From: Parcubacteria group bacterium
Lineage (GTDB): Bacteria; Patescibacteriota; Minisyncoccia; UBA6257; Colwellbacteraceae
Length of the DNA stretch: 24,000 nt
Direction of reading: 5' to 3'
Assembly (NCBI GenBank): GCA_041649415.1
Contig: JBAZND010000003.1
Span: forward strand, 7,617 to 31,616
Position numbers and translations under genes: made by a program. The notes beneath the pieces are model-generated. The model made no database searches. It had not been told where the DNA came from and was given only the letters and a program-made list of their open reading frames with translations. Shown in pieces: positions 1 through 8,641 of the stretch (positions within the stretch are counted from its first letter, which is position 1; every line of letters begins with the position of its first letter).

Positions 1-1401
1 ACAGTTGTTTCTAGGGCGTCTCTCAGATTACCTCCGGACGCCGTAGTCCAAGGGAAAATCAGTAACAGGAATGTGATTTCAGGTGCGCTTCGTGAACTAA
101 GAAACATGATTGACATTCCTTCGTCCCGCAACGCAGAGGTTATTTTATCGCTAGACTCTGGAGCAGTTTATTCCCAGTTATTTAACCTCCCTCAACTTGA
201 CGAATCGTCTCTCGCCGAAGCGGCAGAATTGAACATTCAAATGATTTCGCCGATAGATACGAAAACCTCTTATCACAGCTACCAAGTGGTTGGCAGACCG
301 GAAGCCGTTCCAACAGGCGGATATGAACTGCTCGGCGCGTTCATTAACGCTTCAATCGTTGATAACTGGCTTTCTGTCTGCAAAGAAGCGGGATTTTTGC
401 CCATAGCGGTTGAATTCCAAGCGTTATCCACCGCGCGCGCAGTTTCCGAGATCGGAAACGTCGGAGGTGAGGAAATCGCGCTGGTTATTGACGTTTCAAG
501 CGAAGGGCTGGACCTCGTGATAGTCAAAAATCGCAACCTCTATTTTGATTATTTTTATCCATGGAAACGCATTCAGGGAGAGGATAAGTCAATCTCTATG
601 GATAAATTCAAGCAAATTCTTATTGCCGAAACGGGAAAGGTTATGAATTTTACCCTTTCCAAGTTCAGTGGTGAGACGAAATCCATTTGGGTAAACGCCG
701 AAAATATCGCTGCCGAAATAATCACGGCGCTTAAAACACAATACCCAGCCATACCTATTTCCGAACTTATGGCAAACGGTAACCGTATCCCGCCTCTCTG
801 GCTCCCAGCTCTGGGTGCCGGAAAAAGAGGAATGCTTCTGCGTTCGGAAGACGACCTCATCACTTTAACGCCCAATCGCGTAGTGGAAGAATACGAAGAG
901 GGGCAAATAATTGAAATGGTTAAACTCTGGAGAAACGTTTTTACCATTGCCTTATGCTTTTTCCTCCTCGCTTTTAACTTGGGCGACTTATTTTTAAGAC
1001 AAGTCCGTTTAAATGCCAATAAACAATCGCTTCGCAGTCTTTCAGCGGAAGAATCGCATGAACTCGGGATTCTACGAGGAAAGGCGGATGAATTTAACGG
1101 TCTCGTGACGCTTGTAAGCGCCGCGAAGAACCAAGAAAACAGAATCTATCCGTTTATCTCCAAAATTCTAAATCTTGGAACCAACGTTCAGATAACACGC
1201 CTCTCCTTTCAGGGTCTGGATCAGCCAGTGATTATAAACGGCACCGCGCCCTCGGCCGACGCGGTAATTCAGTTTCAAAAAAGACTCACGGAAACTCCGA
1301 ATATCACCGACTTACAACTTCCGCTTTCTAGCCTCACAACCGCTCCAAACGGCCAGACGGCATTTGTAATGTCATTCCGAATAACTAGTTTGAATTTTTG
1401 A
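1..1401 (+). CDS. Type IV pilus assembly protein, fused PilM-like (actin-like fold) plus PilN-like C-terminal region; 5' end lies upstream of the window
   Basis: Frame 1 is open from nt 1, with no stop before the GTG at 73 listed by the ORF track. PilM-like segments include LVIDVSSEGLDLVIV and AVEFQALSTARAV. One TM helix (VFTIALCFFLLAFNLGDLFL) follows, then a PilN-like extracytoplasmic region. Confidence 0.6.
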   Translation, partial: TVVSRASLRLPPDAVVQGKISNRNVISGALRELRNMIDIPSSRNAEVILSLDSGAVYSQLFNLPQLDESSLAEAAELNIQMISPIDTKTSYHSYQVVGRPEAVPTGGYELLGAFINASIVDNWLSVCKEAGFLPIAVEFQALSTARAVSEIGNVGGEEIALVIDVSSEGLDLVIVKNRNLYFDYFYPWKRIQGEDKSISMDKFKQILIAETGKVMNFTLSKFSGETKSIWVNAENIAAEIITALKTQYPAIPISELMANGNRIPPLWLPALGAGKRGMLLRSEDDLITLTPNRVVEEYEEGQIIEMVKLWRNVFTIALCFFLLAFNLGDLFLRQVRLNANKQSLRSLSAEESHELGILRGKADEFNGLVTLVSAAKNQENRIYPFISKILNLGTNVQITRLSFQGLDQPVIINGTAPSADAVIQFQKRLTETPNITDLQLPLSSLTTAPNGQTAFVMSFRITSLNF

Positions 1402-1896
1402 CAGTGCCTCCTCTAATTTTTCCTTGTCTCTCGGCGATATTTTTTGAAGCACAAAATCACCCGCCTTTTCGACGTGCATTCCTCTTATGCCTATTCTTAG
1501 TCTCCAAAAACCTTCGGTGCCGAGACATTCAATAATGGATTTTATGCCATTGTGCCCCGCGCTGCCGGCGCCATACGAAAGCTTATAAGACCCCGTCTCA
1601 ATATCCGAATCATCGTGTATTATAAGTATCTCCTCGGACTTAACGTTAAAATGCTTCATCGCCGAAGAAACAACTCTTCCTGACTCGTTCATAAATAGAA
1701 GAGGTTTTACATAAACACGGTTCCCTCCCTTTAAATATATAAATGGCTTCCCCTTCCATACGGAGAAAGGCTTTTTAAATCTCTCTTTTCCCGCAATCCT
1801 TTCCAAAACCGCCATTCCTATATTATGATAGGTCCCCTTATAACGGTTTCCCGGATTGCCAAGTCCCACTATCAGTTTGAAGTTGTTCTTCTCCAT
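1372..1896 (-). CDS. pth: Peptidyl-tRNA hydrolase
   Basis: The N-terminus KLIVGLGNPGNRYKGTYHNIGM and the later GHNGIKS motif are typical of Pth. Length is 174 aa. The 3' end overlaps the convergent pilMN-like gene by 30 nt. Confidence 0.9.
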   Translation of the reverse strand: MEKNNFKLIVGLGNPGNRYKGTYHNIGMAVLERIAGKERFKKPFSVWKGKPFIYLKGGNRVYVKPLLFMNESGRVVSSAMKHFNVKSEEILIIHDDSDIETGSYKLSYGAGSAGHNGIKSIIECLGTEGFWRLRIGIRGMHVEKAGDFVLQKISPRDKEKLEEALSKIQTSYSE

Positions 1897-1980
1897 TTGC
1901 TCTTGCGGTTTACCGCCGCTATTATTACATTAGTACAAATTTCGCTTCGGCGCGATTGTCCCGCAAGAAGCAAAATATTT

Positions 1981-2508
1981 ATGAGAAAAATATATCTTTT
2001 AATCTGGGAATCGCTTGAAGTAGTATTCATCGCGTTTATCCCTCTTTTTATTTCATACCAATTTCTTGCTCGTCCTTTTCTTGTGCAAGGCGCGAGTATG
2101 GAACCCAATTTTCAGAACGGAAACTATCTGGTGGTAGACATAGTTTCGTATAAATTCGGTTCTCCCGAAAGGGGAGACGTCGTGGTTTTCCATTATCCCG
2201 GAAATCGCGCGCTGTTTTACATCAAAAGAATCATAGGGCTGCCTGGCGATCGCGTAACTTTCTTTCAAGGGGAAATTCTCATAAATGGAGAAGCCATTAA
2301 GGAAAAATACCTTCCTTCCTATATTGAGACGGACGCTCTGAATAGAGCTGATTTTCTCCTCGGGGACGATGAATACTTCGTGATGGGAGACAATCGAGAA
2401 GCGAGCTTTGATTCAAGAAGCTGGGGTCCGCTTGAAAAAAGTGATATAGTCGGGGTGGTTAAGTTGAGAGTATGGCCTCCATTTCAATTTTACGGCAACT
2501 TTGATTAA
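1981..2508 (+). CDS. lepB: Signal peptidase I
   Basis: GASMEPNF (catalytic Ser box), YIKRIIGLPGD (Lys box) and GDNREASFDSRSWGP are present. I chose the ATG at 1981 (MRKIYLL..., followed by a TM helix). The track start at 1825 would overlap the divergent pth gene. Confidence 0.85.
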   Translation: MRKIYLLIWESLEVVFIAFIPLFISYQFLARPFLVQGASMEPNFQNGNYLVVDIVSYKFGSPERGDVVVFHYPGNRALFYIKRIIGLPGDRVTFFQGEILINGEAIKEKYLPSYIETDALNRADFLLGDDEYFVMGDNREASFDSRSWGPLEKSDIVGVVKLRVWPPFQFYGNFD

Positions 2509-2520
2509 AGACTGTAACAA

Positions 2521-3876
2521 ATGACAAACGCCGAGGTGAAAGAAAATAAAGAGGAGAAAAAAGAAGAAAAACCCACAAGAAGAAATCCTTCTTTTCAGAC
2601 TCCAAAGGGAATGCGGGATTTGCTTCCCGAAGAATATCCATACTGGGAAAAAGCGCTCAATGCGGCCGCGGAAATTGCCGACTTCTATGACTTTGGGCAC
2701 ATTGAGACACCTATTTTAGAACACGCCGATCTTTTCTCGCGCGGAATAGGTTTAAGCACGGACATCGTGGAAAAAGAGATGTATGTCCTCAAAACCAAAG
2801 GAGGCGATTCGCTAGCCCTAAGACCAGAATCAACCGCGCCCATAATGCGTTCATTTATTGAAAATGGAATGAGCAGACTTCCGCAGCCGGTTAAACTTTG
2901 GTATTTCGGACCTCACTTCAGACACGAAAACCCGCAAGCGGGTCGCTACAGGCAGTTTTACCAAGCCGGTTTTGAAATTGTCGGGGGAGAATCCGATCCG
3001 GTGTTTGACGCTGAAATAATAATCGCGGCAACGCATTTTACGGAAAGGATGAAAATAAAAAACGTTGTTCTTGAGATGAACAGTATCGGTTGCCGCCAGT
3101 GCCGAGGAATATACCGGAAGAAACTTCAGGACTACTACCGAAAAGAAACGGAGAGCGTTTCAAAAAGAAAAGGCAGGGTGATTTGCAAAGACTGCGAACG
3201 GAGACTGGAGACGAACCCGTTAAGACTTCTAGATTGTAAAGAAGAAAACTGCGCAGAGCTAAGAGCAAACGCGCCGAGCATTTTAGATAGTCTCTGCTCG
3301 CCTTGCAGAACGCACTTTAAAGGGGTCCTTGAATTTATTGATGAAGTTCAAATCCCGTATGCGATAAATCCTTACCTTGTTCGCGGTTTGGATTACTATA
3401 ACCGCACCGTTTTTGAACTTTTTGCGGAAGATGGAAAAATCGCTTTGGGCGGCGGCGGCCGATATGATTATCTCGCCGAAATGATTGGCGGTAGAAGCAC
3501 TCCTGCCGTCGGCGTCGCTTTAGGATTAGACAGAATCATAAACCTCCTTAAGGAAAGAGAAATTAATTCAGAACCTAAAAGAAGAGAAAGAGCTTTTATC
3601 GCCCATGTGGGCGATACCGCGAGAAAGAAGATATTCACGCTCATGGAAGAATTTTATAAAAATGGCGTGAAAATCATTGAAGCGCTCGGCAAAGATTCGC
3701 TTCAAGCGCAACTCAAAGTTGCCGACAAAGAAGGCTGTCCTATAGCCCTTATAATTGGCCAGAAGGAAGTCTATGAAGAGACAGTTATTGTTCGCGACAT
3801 GAAAACCGGCACCCAAGAAAACGTGCCGACGGGAAAAATCGTGGAAGAAGTTAAAAAGAGATTGCATGGCAAATAA
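2521..3876 (+). CDS. hisS: Histidine--tRNA ligase (class II)
   Basis: GMRDLLPEE, LRPESTAP, YFGPHFRHENPQAGRYRQFYQ, RGLDYYNRTVFE and GGGGRYD are class II HisRS motifs. The Cys-rich insertion domain is also present. The N-terminus carries about 25 aa of K/E-rich extension. Confidence 0.92.
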   Translation: MTNAEVKENKEEKKEEKPTRRNPSFQTPKGMRDLLPEEYPYWEKALNAAAEIADFYDFGHIETPILEHADLFSRGIGLSTDIVEKEMYVLKTKGGDSLALRPESTAPIMRSFIENGMSRLPQPVKLWYFGPHFRHENPQAGRYRQFYQAGFEIVGGESDPVFDAEIIIAATHFTERMKIKNVVLEMNSIGCRQCRGIYRKKLQDYYRKETESVSKRKGRVICKDCERRLETNPLRLLDCKEENCAELRANAPSILDSLCSPCRTHFKGVLEFIDEVQIPYAINPYLVRGLDYYNRTVFELFAEDGKIALGGGGRYDYLAEMIGGRSTPAVGVALGLDRIINLLKEREINSEPKRRERAFIAHVGDTARKKIFTLMEEFYKNGVKIIEALGKDSLQAQLKVADKEGCPIALIIGQKEVYEETVIVRDMKTGTQENVPTGKIVEEVKKRLHGK

Positions 3877-4282
3877 AGATTGTCTATTTTGTAAAATTGC
3901 CGCAAAGGAAATAAACTCCGCCACAATATACGAAGATGAAAACGCCATGGCCTTTTTGGATGTTCACCCACTCGCTCCCGGACATGCTATCGTAATTCCG
4001 AAAATTCATGCCGAAAACATCCTTGATTTATCGGACGAGCTTATAGGACCCATATTCAAAGCGGTTAAAAACGTAACATCTTTGCTTAAAGAAAAGTTAG
4101 GTCCTAAAGGGTTTACAATCGGGATAAATCACGGTAGTATAAGCGGCCAATCAATGAATCACCTTCATATCCACGTCATACCGAGATTTGAAGGGGATGG
4201 CGGAGGCTCAATCCATTCGGTTGTGAAGAATCCGCCGAAAGAAAGTTTAGAGGAGATTAAACTAAAAATTGTCAGTAACTAA
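3866..4282 (+). CDS. HIT-family nucleotide hydrolase (HinT-like)
   Basis: CLFCKI at the N-terminus and the histidine triad NHLHIHVIP. Length is 138 aa. It overlaps the hisS stop by 11 nt. Confidence 0.85.
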   Translation: MANKDCLFCKIAAKEINSATIYEDENAMAFLDVHPLAPGHAIVIPKIHAENILDLSDELIGPIFKAVKNVTSLLKEKLGPKGFTIGINHGSISGQSMNHLHIHVIPRFEGDGGGSIHSVVKNPPKESLEEIKLKIVSN

Positions 4283-4283
4283 A

Positions 4284-4499
4284 ATGCCAATCACAGTCAA
4301 AAAGAAAGAATCGGAATCAGCCGGATCGCTTATTTTTCGTTTTACCAAAAGAGTGCAGCAATCGGGCGTCCTTCTTGAAGCCAAAAAGAGAAGATTTAAA
4401 AAGAGAAGCCAAAACGCCAGAGCGCGCCACCTTTCCGCTCTCCATAAACTCGCGAAAAAAGCCGAGTACGAAAAAATGAGAAAGGAGGGTTTGTTATAA
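4284..4499 (+). CDS. rpsU: 30S ribosomal protein S21
   Basis: A 71-aa, very basic protein (FRFTKRVQQSGVLLEAKKRRFKKRSQ) with an S21-like pattern. I chose the ATG at 4284 over the TTG at 4269. Confidence 0.7.
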   Translation: MPITVKKKESESAGSLIFRFTKRVQQSGVLLEAKKRRFKKRSQNARARHLSALHKLAKKAEYEKMRKEGLL

Positions 4500-4500
4500 T
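4493..4500 (+). promoter_or_regulatory. Extended -10 box TGTTATAAT, 7 nt upstream of the yqeY-like ATG
   Basis: TG-T-TATAAT occurs at 4492-4500, followed by ccaaaca and then ATG at 4508. There is no Shine-Dalgarno sequence in between. The same 9-mer recurs before the ATGs at 15819 and 20892. Confidence 0.4.
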
Positions 4501-4507
4501 CCAAACA

Positions 4508-4954
4508 ATGCCTCTCAAAGAAAGGATAGCCTCTGATTTAAAAACAGCTCTTAAAAATGCCGACAGTTTTCGACTCGGCGTTTTGCGTTTAATTTCCTCC
4601 GCTTTCCAAAACGAAGCCATAGCGAAGAGAACGAGAGGACAGGAAGGAGACCTCACGGAAGATGAGCTTATTGCCGTCCTAAAACACGAAGCGAAAAAGA
4701 GAAGAGAATCTATTGACGCATACGGAAAGGGCGGACGATCCGACCTTGTTGAAAGCGAAGAGAGAGAACTTAAAATCATCAAAGAATATCTCCCTCCGGA
4801 ATTAAGCCGAGAAAAAATAGAAGAGATTGTCAAAAGAATCGTTGAGTCGGGCGTTAAAGAATTTCCTTTGGTTATGAAGGCCGCGATGGCGGAACTCAAG
4901 AACGCGGCGGACGGGAAAGCAGTCTCGGAAGTGGTTAAATCGATTCTTGGGTAG
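4508..4954 (+). CDS. GatB/YqeY domain-containing protein
   Basis: LKERIASDLKTALKNADSFRLGVLRLISSAFQNEAI is typical of the YqeY family. Length is 148 aa. Confidence 0.8.
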   Translation: MPLKERIASDLKTALKNADSFRLGVLRLISSAFQNEAIAKRTRGQEGDLTEDELIAVLKHEAKKRRESIDAYGKGGRSDLVESEERELKIIKEYLPPELSREKIEEIVKRIVESGVKEFPLVMKAAMAELKNAADGKAVSEVVKSILG

Positions 4955-4957
4955 CTT

Positions 4958-5389
4958 ATGGAGAAACAGTTAGAGCGGTCAGCCAAGAAAATTTTTGAAA
5001 TTTTGGGAATTTCCGGCAGCCGCCTGGAAATTTTTTTGGTTCCAAACAAAGTTATGCGTGATATTAATCGAGAATATCGCGGTAAGGATAAAGAAACCAA
5101 TATTTTATCCTTTGAAGCGGCTGAAGTTCCTCATCCGGACAGCAAATTACGCCATTTGGGAGAAATATATCTTGCGCCGAAATTCATATCCGCTCATAAT
5201 GAAGATGCTTTACGTCTTCTTGTTCACGGCATACTTCACCTTTTAGGCTACGATCATGAACGCAATACACGCGCAGCAAAAGAGATGGAGAAGAAAGAAG
5301 AGGAAGTAATGGGAAAACTATCGGGAAATAGAGCTTCACATGGCGCACAACACGGTTCTAGGACTAGATGTCGGCGGGGACAGCATTAA
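4958..5389 (+). CDS. ybeY: rRNA maturation endoribonuclease YbeY
   Basis: INREYRGKDKETNILSFE and the zinc motif HGILHLLGYDHE. The 3' end overlaps ftsA by 50 nt. Confidence 0.85.
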   Translation: MEKQLERSAKKIFEILGISGSRLEIFLVPNKVMRDINREYRGKDKETNILSFEAAEVPHPDSKLRHLGEIYLAPKFISAHNEDALRLLVHGILHLLGYDHERNTRAAKEMEKKEEEVMGKLSGNRASHGAQHGSRTRCRRGQH

Positions 5390-6563
5390 AGCTGTTGTCG
5401 CCGAACCCGTAAGGGACAAAATCAAGCTTGTTTACGGAATAACCAAGCCTTCTTTCGGCGTAAGAAAGGGTGTTGTGGTAAGTATTGACGATGCGGCCAA
5501 AGCCATCGGAGATGTCCTTCAAGAAATTAAAAATTTTTACCGACCGGCTATTAAAAACGTTTTCCTAAACATTAGCGGAACTAACGTTAAGACAGAGTTG
5601 TCTAAGGGCATCGTGGCTGTAGCGCGCGCAAATTCAGAAATCGGTGCCGATGATGTTACCCGCGCCACCCAAGCATCAGAGGCGATACATTTGGAACCGA
5701 ACAGGATGATACTCCACACCATCACCAAGGAGTTTACGGTTGATGGTATTTCGGACATTAAGGATCCTCTCGGTATGGTGGGTTCGCGGCTGGAGGTCAC
5801 GAGTCTTATAGTCAACGCTTTTATTCCGTCCATCAAAAATCTTAGGAAATGCGTGGAAATATCGGGCGGCAGTATAGGAGGACTTGTGTTTAATCCGCTT
5901 GCTTCCGCGCGAGCCGTTTTGACTAAAAACCAAAAAGAGCTTGGAGTAGTGGTGATAGACATCGGTTTTGGCACGACAAGCATCGCCGTTTATGAAGAAG
6001 ACAAGCTGATTCATGCGGCGATTTATCCCGTGGGAGCGGGGCATATCACAAACGACATCGCGGTGGCTCTTAAAATTCCGGTTGCTGTCGCGGAAAAATT
6101 AAAAATCGCTTATGGCTGTGCCGTGTCAAAGGACGTGCCAAGCAGGGAAACAATTGATCTCCATAAAATAGACGCCAATATGACAGGCGCCCCTTCGCGA
6201 CGGTTTGTAGCGGAAGTTATAGAATCCCGTCTAGAGGAGATATTTGAATTTGTTGATAATGACCTGAAAGCCGTTAATCTTTCGGGCAAACTTCCAGCCG
6301 GCGCTGTTTTAACAGGCGGAGGAGCGAAATTGCCGGGTATTGTGGACCTCGCGAAGAATTGTCTGAAGATCACCGCCATGATTGGCCTCCCTCAAGCGAG
6401 CAGTTTTGAAGTTCAGGACCAGAGTCTGCTAGAATACGTGGAATCGCCGGACTGCGCCGCCGTTTTGGGGCTAATACTGCTAAGCATGGACAATGGAAGT
6501 TTAAAGGCGAAACCAAGCGGGAAGTCCCGTCTGACGCGAATATTAAGAAACATTTTACCCTAA
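5340..6563 (+). CDS. ftsA: Cell division protein FtsA
   Basis: Actin-like phosphate-1 motif LGLDVGGDSIKAVVAE, then VVIDIGFGTTSIAVY and LTGGGAKLPG. It lies directly upstream of ftsZ and overlaps it through TAATG. Confidence 0.9.
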   Translation: MAHNTVLGLDVGGDSIKAVVAEPVRDKIKLVYGITKPSFGVRKGVVVSIDDAAKAIGDVLQEIKNFYRPAIKNVFLNISGTNVKTELSKGIVAVARANSEIGADDVTRATQASEAIHLEPNRMILHTITKEFTVDGISDIKDPLGMVGSRLEVTSLIVNAFIPSIKNLRKCVEISGGSIGGLVFNPLASARAVLTKNQKELGVVVIDIGFGTTSIAVYEEDKLIHAAIYPVGAGHITNDIAVALKIPVAVAEKLKIAYGCAVSKDVPSRETIDLHKIDANMTGAPSRRFVAEVIESRLEEIFEFVDNDLKAVNLSGKLPAGAVLTGGGAKLPGIVDLAKNCLKITAMIGLPQASSFEVQDQSLLEYVESPDCAAVLGLILLSMDNGSLKAKPSGKSRLTRILRNILP

Positions 6564-7927
6564 TGGCCAAAAAAAAAGCCGTAAAACACGCCGCTAGAAA
6601 GACAAAAAAGACGGCCAGAAAGTCGTCTCATCGCACCAGGAGACCGTCACCAAGGAGATCTTCCTCCTCCTCCTTCTCATCATCTCATAAATTATTTGTT
6701 CCAAATAAGGAACAAAGCAGCATACCTGTTATTAAAATAAAAGTTGTCGGTATCGGCGGTTGCGGCAACAATGCCGTTTCTCGAATGTGCGGAGACCTTC
6801 CTCGCGGAGTGGAATTTATCGCTTTGAACACCGATGTTCAGGATTTGGAAAAAACAAGCGTCCGACAGCGAATAAATATCGGCCGCAATCTGACAAGAGG
6901 AATGGGCGCCGGAATGAATCCTGACATTGGCCGTCAGTCGGCCGAAGAATCCAGAGCAGAAATAGTTGAAGCGCTGCAAGGAGCCGATTTGATTTTTCTT
7001 ACGGCCGGAATGGGCGGGGGAACAGGCACGGGCGCCACGCCGATAGTAGCCGAAGCCGCGCGCGAAGTGGGGGCGCTCACGGTTGCCGTTGTTACGAAAC
7101 CTTTTGCTTTTGAAGGGTCGCAGAGAACTCAAATTGCCGAAGAAGGAATTATCCGCCTTCGGGACAAAGTTGATTCACTCGTGGTTATTCCGAATGACCG
7201 TATCTTTTCCATAATCGGAAATGACACCTCCATCAATAAAGCCTTTCTGAAAATTGACGATGTTTTAAAAAATACCGTTCAGGGAATCTCGGAAATAATT
7301 TCAACTTCCGGATTAGTGAATGTGGATTTCGCCGATATCAAAGCGATTATGCAAGGAACGGGCATTGCCATCGTGGGTGTCGGTCAAGCTTCCGGCGCTG
7401 ACCGCGCCATCAAAGCGGCCACCCAAGCGATTAATTCTCCGCTCCTTGAGCGTTCAATTGAAGGAGCTAGAGGAGTGCTCTTTGGTATTTCAGGCGGCGT
7501 GGACCTCAAAATGTCTGAAGTGAATGAAGCGGCCAAAATCATCACCGAAAACACCGACCCGGGCGCAAGAATAATCTTTGGCGCTTACTTTGACCGCAAA
7601 GTGCCGAAAGGAAATTTGAAAATAAACTTGATAGCCACTGGCTTCAACGGACTCGGCGCTGTGCGTGAAAGGGAAAAAGATATCGCTTTGTTTTCGCCCA
7701 TAAGATTCGCGGACGAACCCGCGCCGGCAAAACCCATAATTAAGCCAAAACGCGAAGAGAGCGAAGAACCAAAACCCGCTCAAAACGAAGAATTTGACAA
7801 AAAAATTGAGAATCTCTTTACCAGCGGGGAAGCGACAAGGGACGTTAGTAAAGAAAACAAAGAAGAAGAAAAAGGAGAAAGCATTTGGGATATCCCCGCT
7901 TTTCTTCGCCGAAGGAAAAAGAAGTAA
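6563..7927 (+). CDS. ftsZ: Cell division GTPase FtsZ with an atypical basic/Ser-rich N-terminal extension
   Basis: [15 protein letters not shown], the tubulin signature [19 protein letters not shown] and the C-terminal FtsA-binding peptide DIPAFLRRR. The start is coupled to the ftsA stop (TAATG). Confidence 0.95.
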   Translation: MAKKKAVKHAARKTKKTARKSSHRTRRPSPRRSSSSSFSSSHKLFVPNKEQSSIPVIKIKVVGIGGCGNNAVSRMCGDLPRGVEFIALNTDVQDLEKTSVRQRINIGRNLTRGMGAGMNPDIGRQSAEESRAEIVEALQGADLIFLTAGMGGGTGTGATPIVAEAAREVGALTVAVVTKPFAFEGSQRTQIAEEGIIRLRDKVDSLVVIPNDRIFSIIGNDTSINKAFLKIDDVLKNTVQGISEIISTSGLVNVDFADIKAIMQGTGIAIVGVGQASGADRAIKAATQAINSPLLERSIEGARGVLFGISGGVDLKMSEVNEAAKIITENTDPGARIIFGAYFDRKVPKGNLKINLIATGFNGLGAVREREKDIALFSPIRFADEPAPAKPIIKPKREESEEPKPAQNEEFDKKIENLFTSGEATRDVSKENKEEEKGESIWDIPAFLRRRKKK

Positions 7928-7932
7928 AGTAT

Positions 7933-7962
7933 TTGACTTGTCTTGCCAGAAACCGTTATAAA
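7933..7962 (+). promoter_or_regulatory. Sigma-70-like promoter for the small Cys-rich gene
   Basis: TTGACT at 7933-7938, an 18-nt spacer, then TATAAA at 7957-7962. AGGAGG at 7991-7996 lies 8 nt before the ATG at 8005. Confidence 0.45.
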
Positions 7963-8004
7963 ACGATTAGTTCAAGCACAATTCAATAAAAGGAGGAACA
8001 TCGA

Positions 8005-8331
8005 ATGTTAAGGTTGATCGGTCTTCCATTTTTCATACGACTAAGATATTGGCTTTGGGGAGAGGTGATGGCCGATATCGATATTCAAGGAGAACATCTT
8101 TTGGTACTAAACCACGAAAACAAAACCAAAAGGCGCATCGGCATAAGCGCGTTACAAGGCCGTTTAACGGAAGTGAACATCAGACCTATCTGTAAACGGG
8201 AAAACGGAAAATGCACCATCTGCGGAGGAGAACTCCTTGATAGCGATCTTTGGTGCTCAAACAATCATAAAGTCGGCGAAGAATACCTATGGCCGGAATT
8301 GTTTAACAGAAACTGGTTCCCCTCGCTTTAA
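8005..8331 (+). CDS. Small Cys-rich putative zinc-ribbon protein (paralog 1), unknown function
   Basis: Strong SD, with its own promoter-like motif and terminator. The C-terminal module is C-x6-C-x2-C-x10-C-x3-H (ICKRENGKCTICGG...WCSNNH). This module is shared with the ORF at 20477-20809. An alternative start is the ATG at 8068 (MADIDIQ). Confidence 0.55.
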   Translation: MLRLIGLPFFIRLRYWLWGEVMADIDIQGEHLLVLNHENKTKRRIGISALQGRLTEVNIRPICKRENGKCTICGGELLDSDLWCSNNHKVGEEYLWPELFNRNWFPSL

Positions 8332-8337
8332 AAACTA

Positions 8338-8364
8338 AGACCCTGTCTCAAGCAGGGTCTTTTT
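8338..8364 (+). terminator. Rho-independent terminator
   Basis: AGACCCTG / CAGGGTCT 8-bp stem with a 7-nt loop, followed by TTTT. It begins 7 nt after the stop codon. Confidence 0.8.
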
Positions 8365-8443
8365 GTATGGAAAAGTTGAAAAAGACAGCACGGGTATAGT
8401 AGTATTTTTCTGTTCTCAAGAGAGGATTAAAAAAACAAAACAT

Positions 8444-8515
8444 TCCCCTGTAGCTCAACGGTAGAGCGACTCCCTGTTAAGGAGTGGGTTGTAGGTTCGA
8501 GTCCTACCGGGGGAG
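8444..8515 (+). tRNA. tRNA-Asn (anticodon GUU)
   Basis: Hand-folded cloverleaf. Acceptor TCCCCTG/CGGGGGA, D arm GCTC-AACGGTA-GAGC and anticodon arm ACTCC-CTGTTAA-GGAGT. T arm GTAGG-TTCGAGT-CCTAC and discriminator G. CCA is not encoded. Confidence 0.9.
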
Positions 8516-8641
8516 CTATCGATTTCTATGAATCCGACCCATCTGCGTCCATAAAGAAGCTAATAAACATGAGGGTTTCAGACGCAGATAGGACGGGGTT
8601 CTGAATCATTCCCATTCGTATCCCAGATAGGAAATAGAACT

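Noticed and set aside
1825-1980. The long N-terminal extension of the lepB ORF as listed in the ORF track.
   Set aside because: It overlaps the divergent pth coding region by 72 nt. The ATG at 1981 gives a normal signal-peptidase N-terminus with a TM anchor.
4396-5100. A 234-aa minus-strand ORF antisense to rpsU, the yqeY-like gene and ybeY. Similar antisense ORFs lie within ftsA, ftsZ, hisS and the ATPase.
   Set aside because: All are antisense to confidently identified genes, have Ser/Leu/Arg-rich low-complexity translations and carry no family motifs.
8541-8589. A perfect 9-bp inverted repeat, ATCTGCGTC ... GACGCAGAT, with a 31-nt spacer between tRNA-Asn and the phosphatase-like gene.
   Set aside because: It is real in the sequence, but a single 9-bp stem with a large loop has no T-run, no second copy and no evident function. 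It is too weak to call an operator or RNA element.
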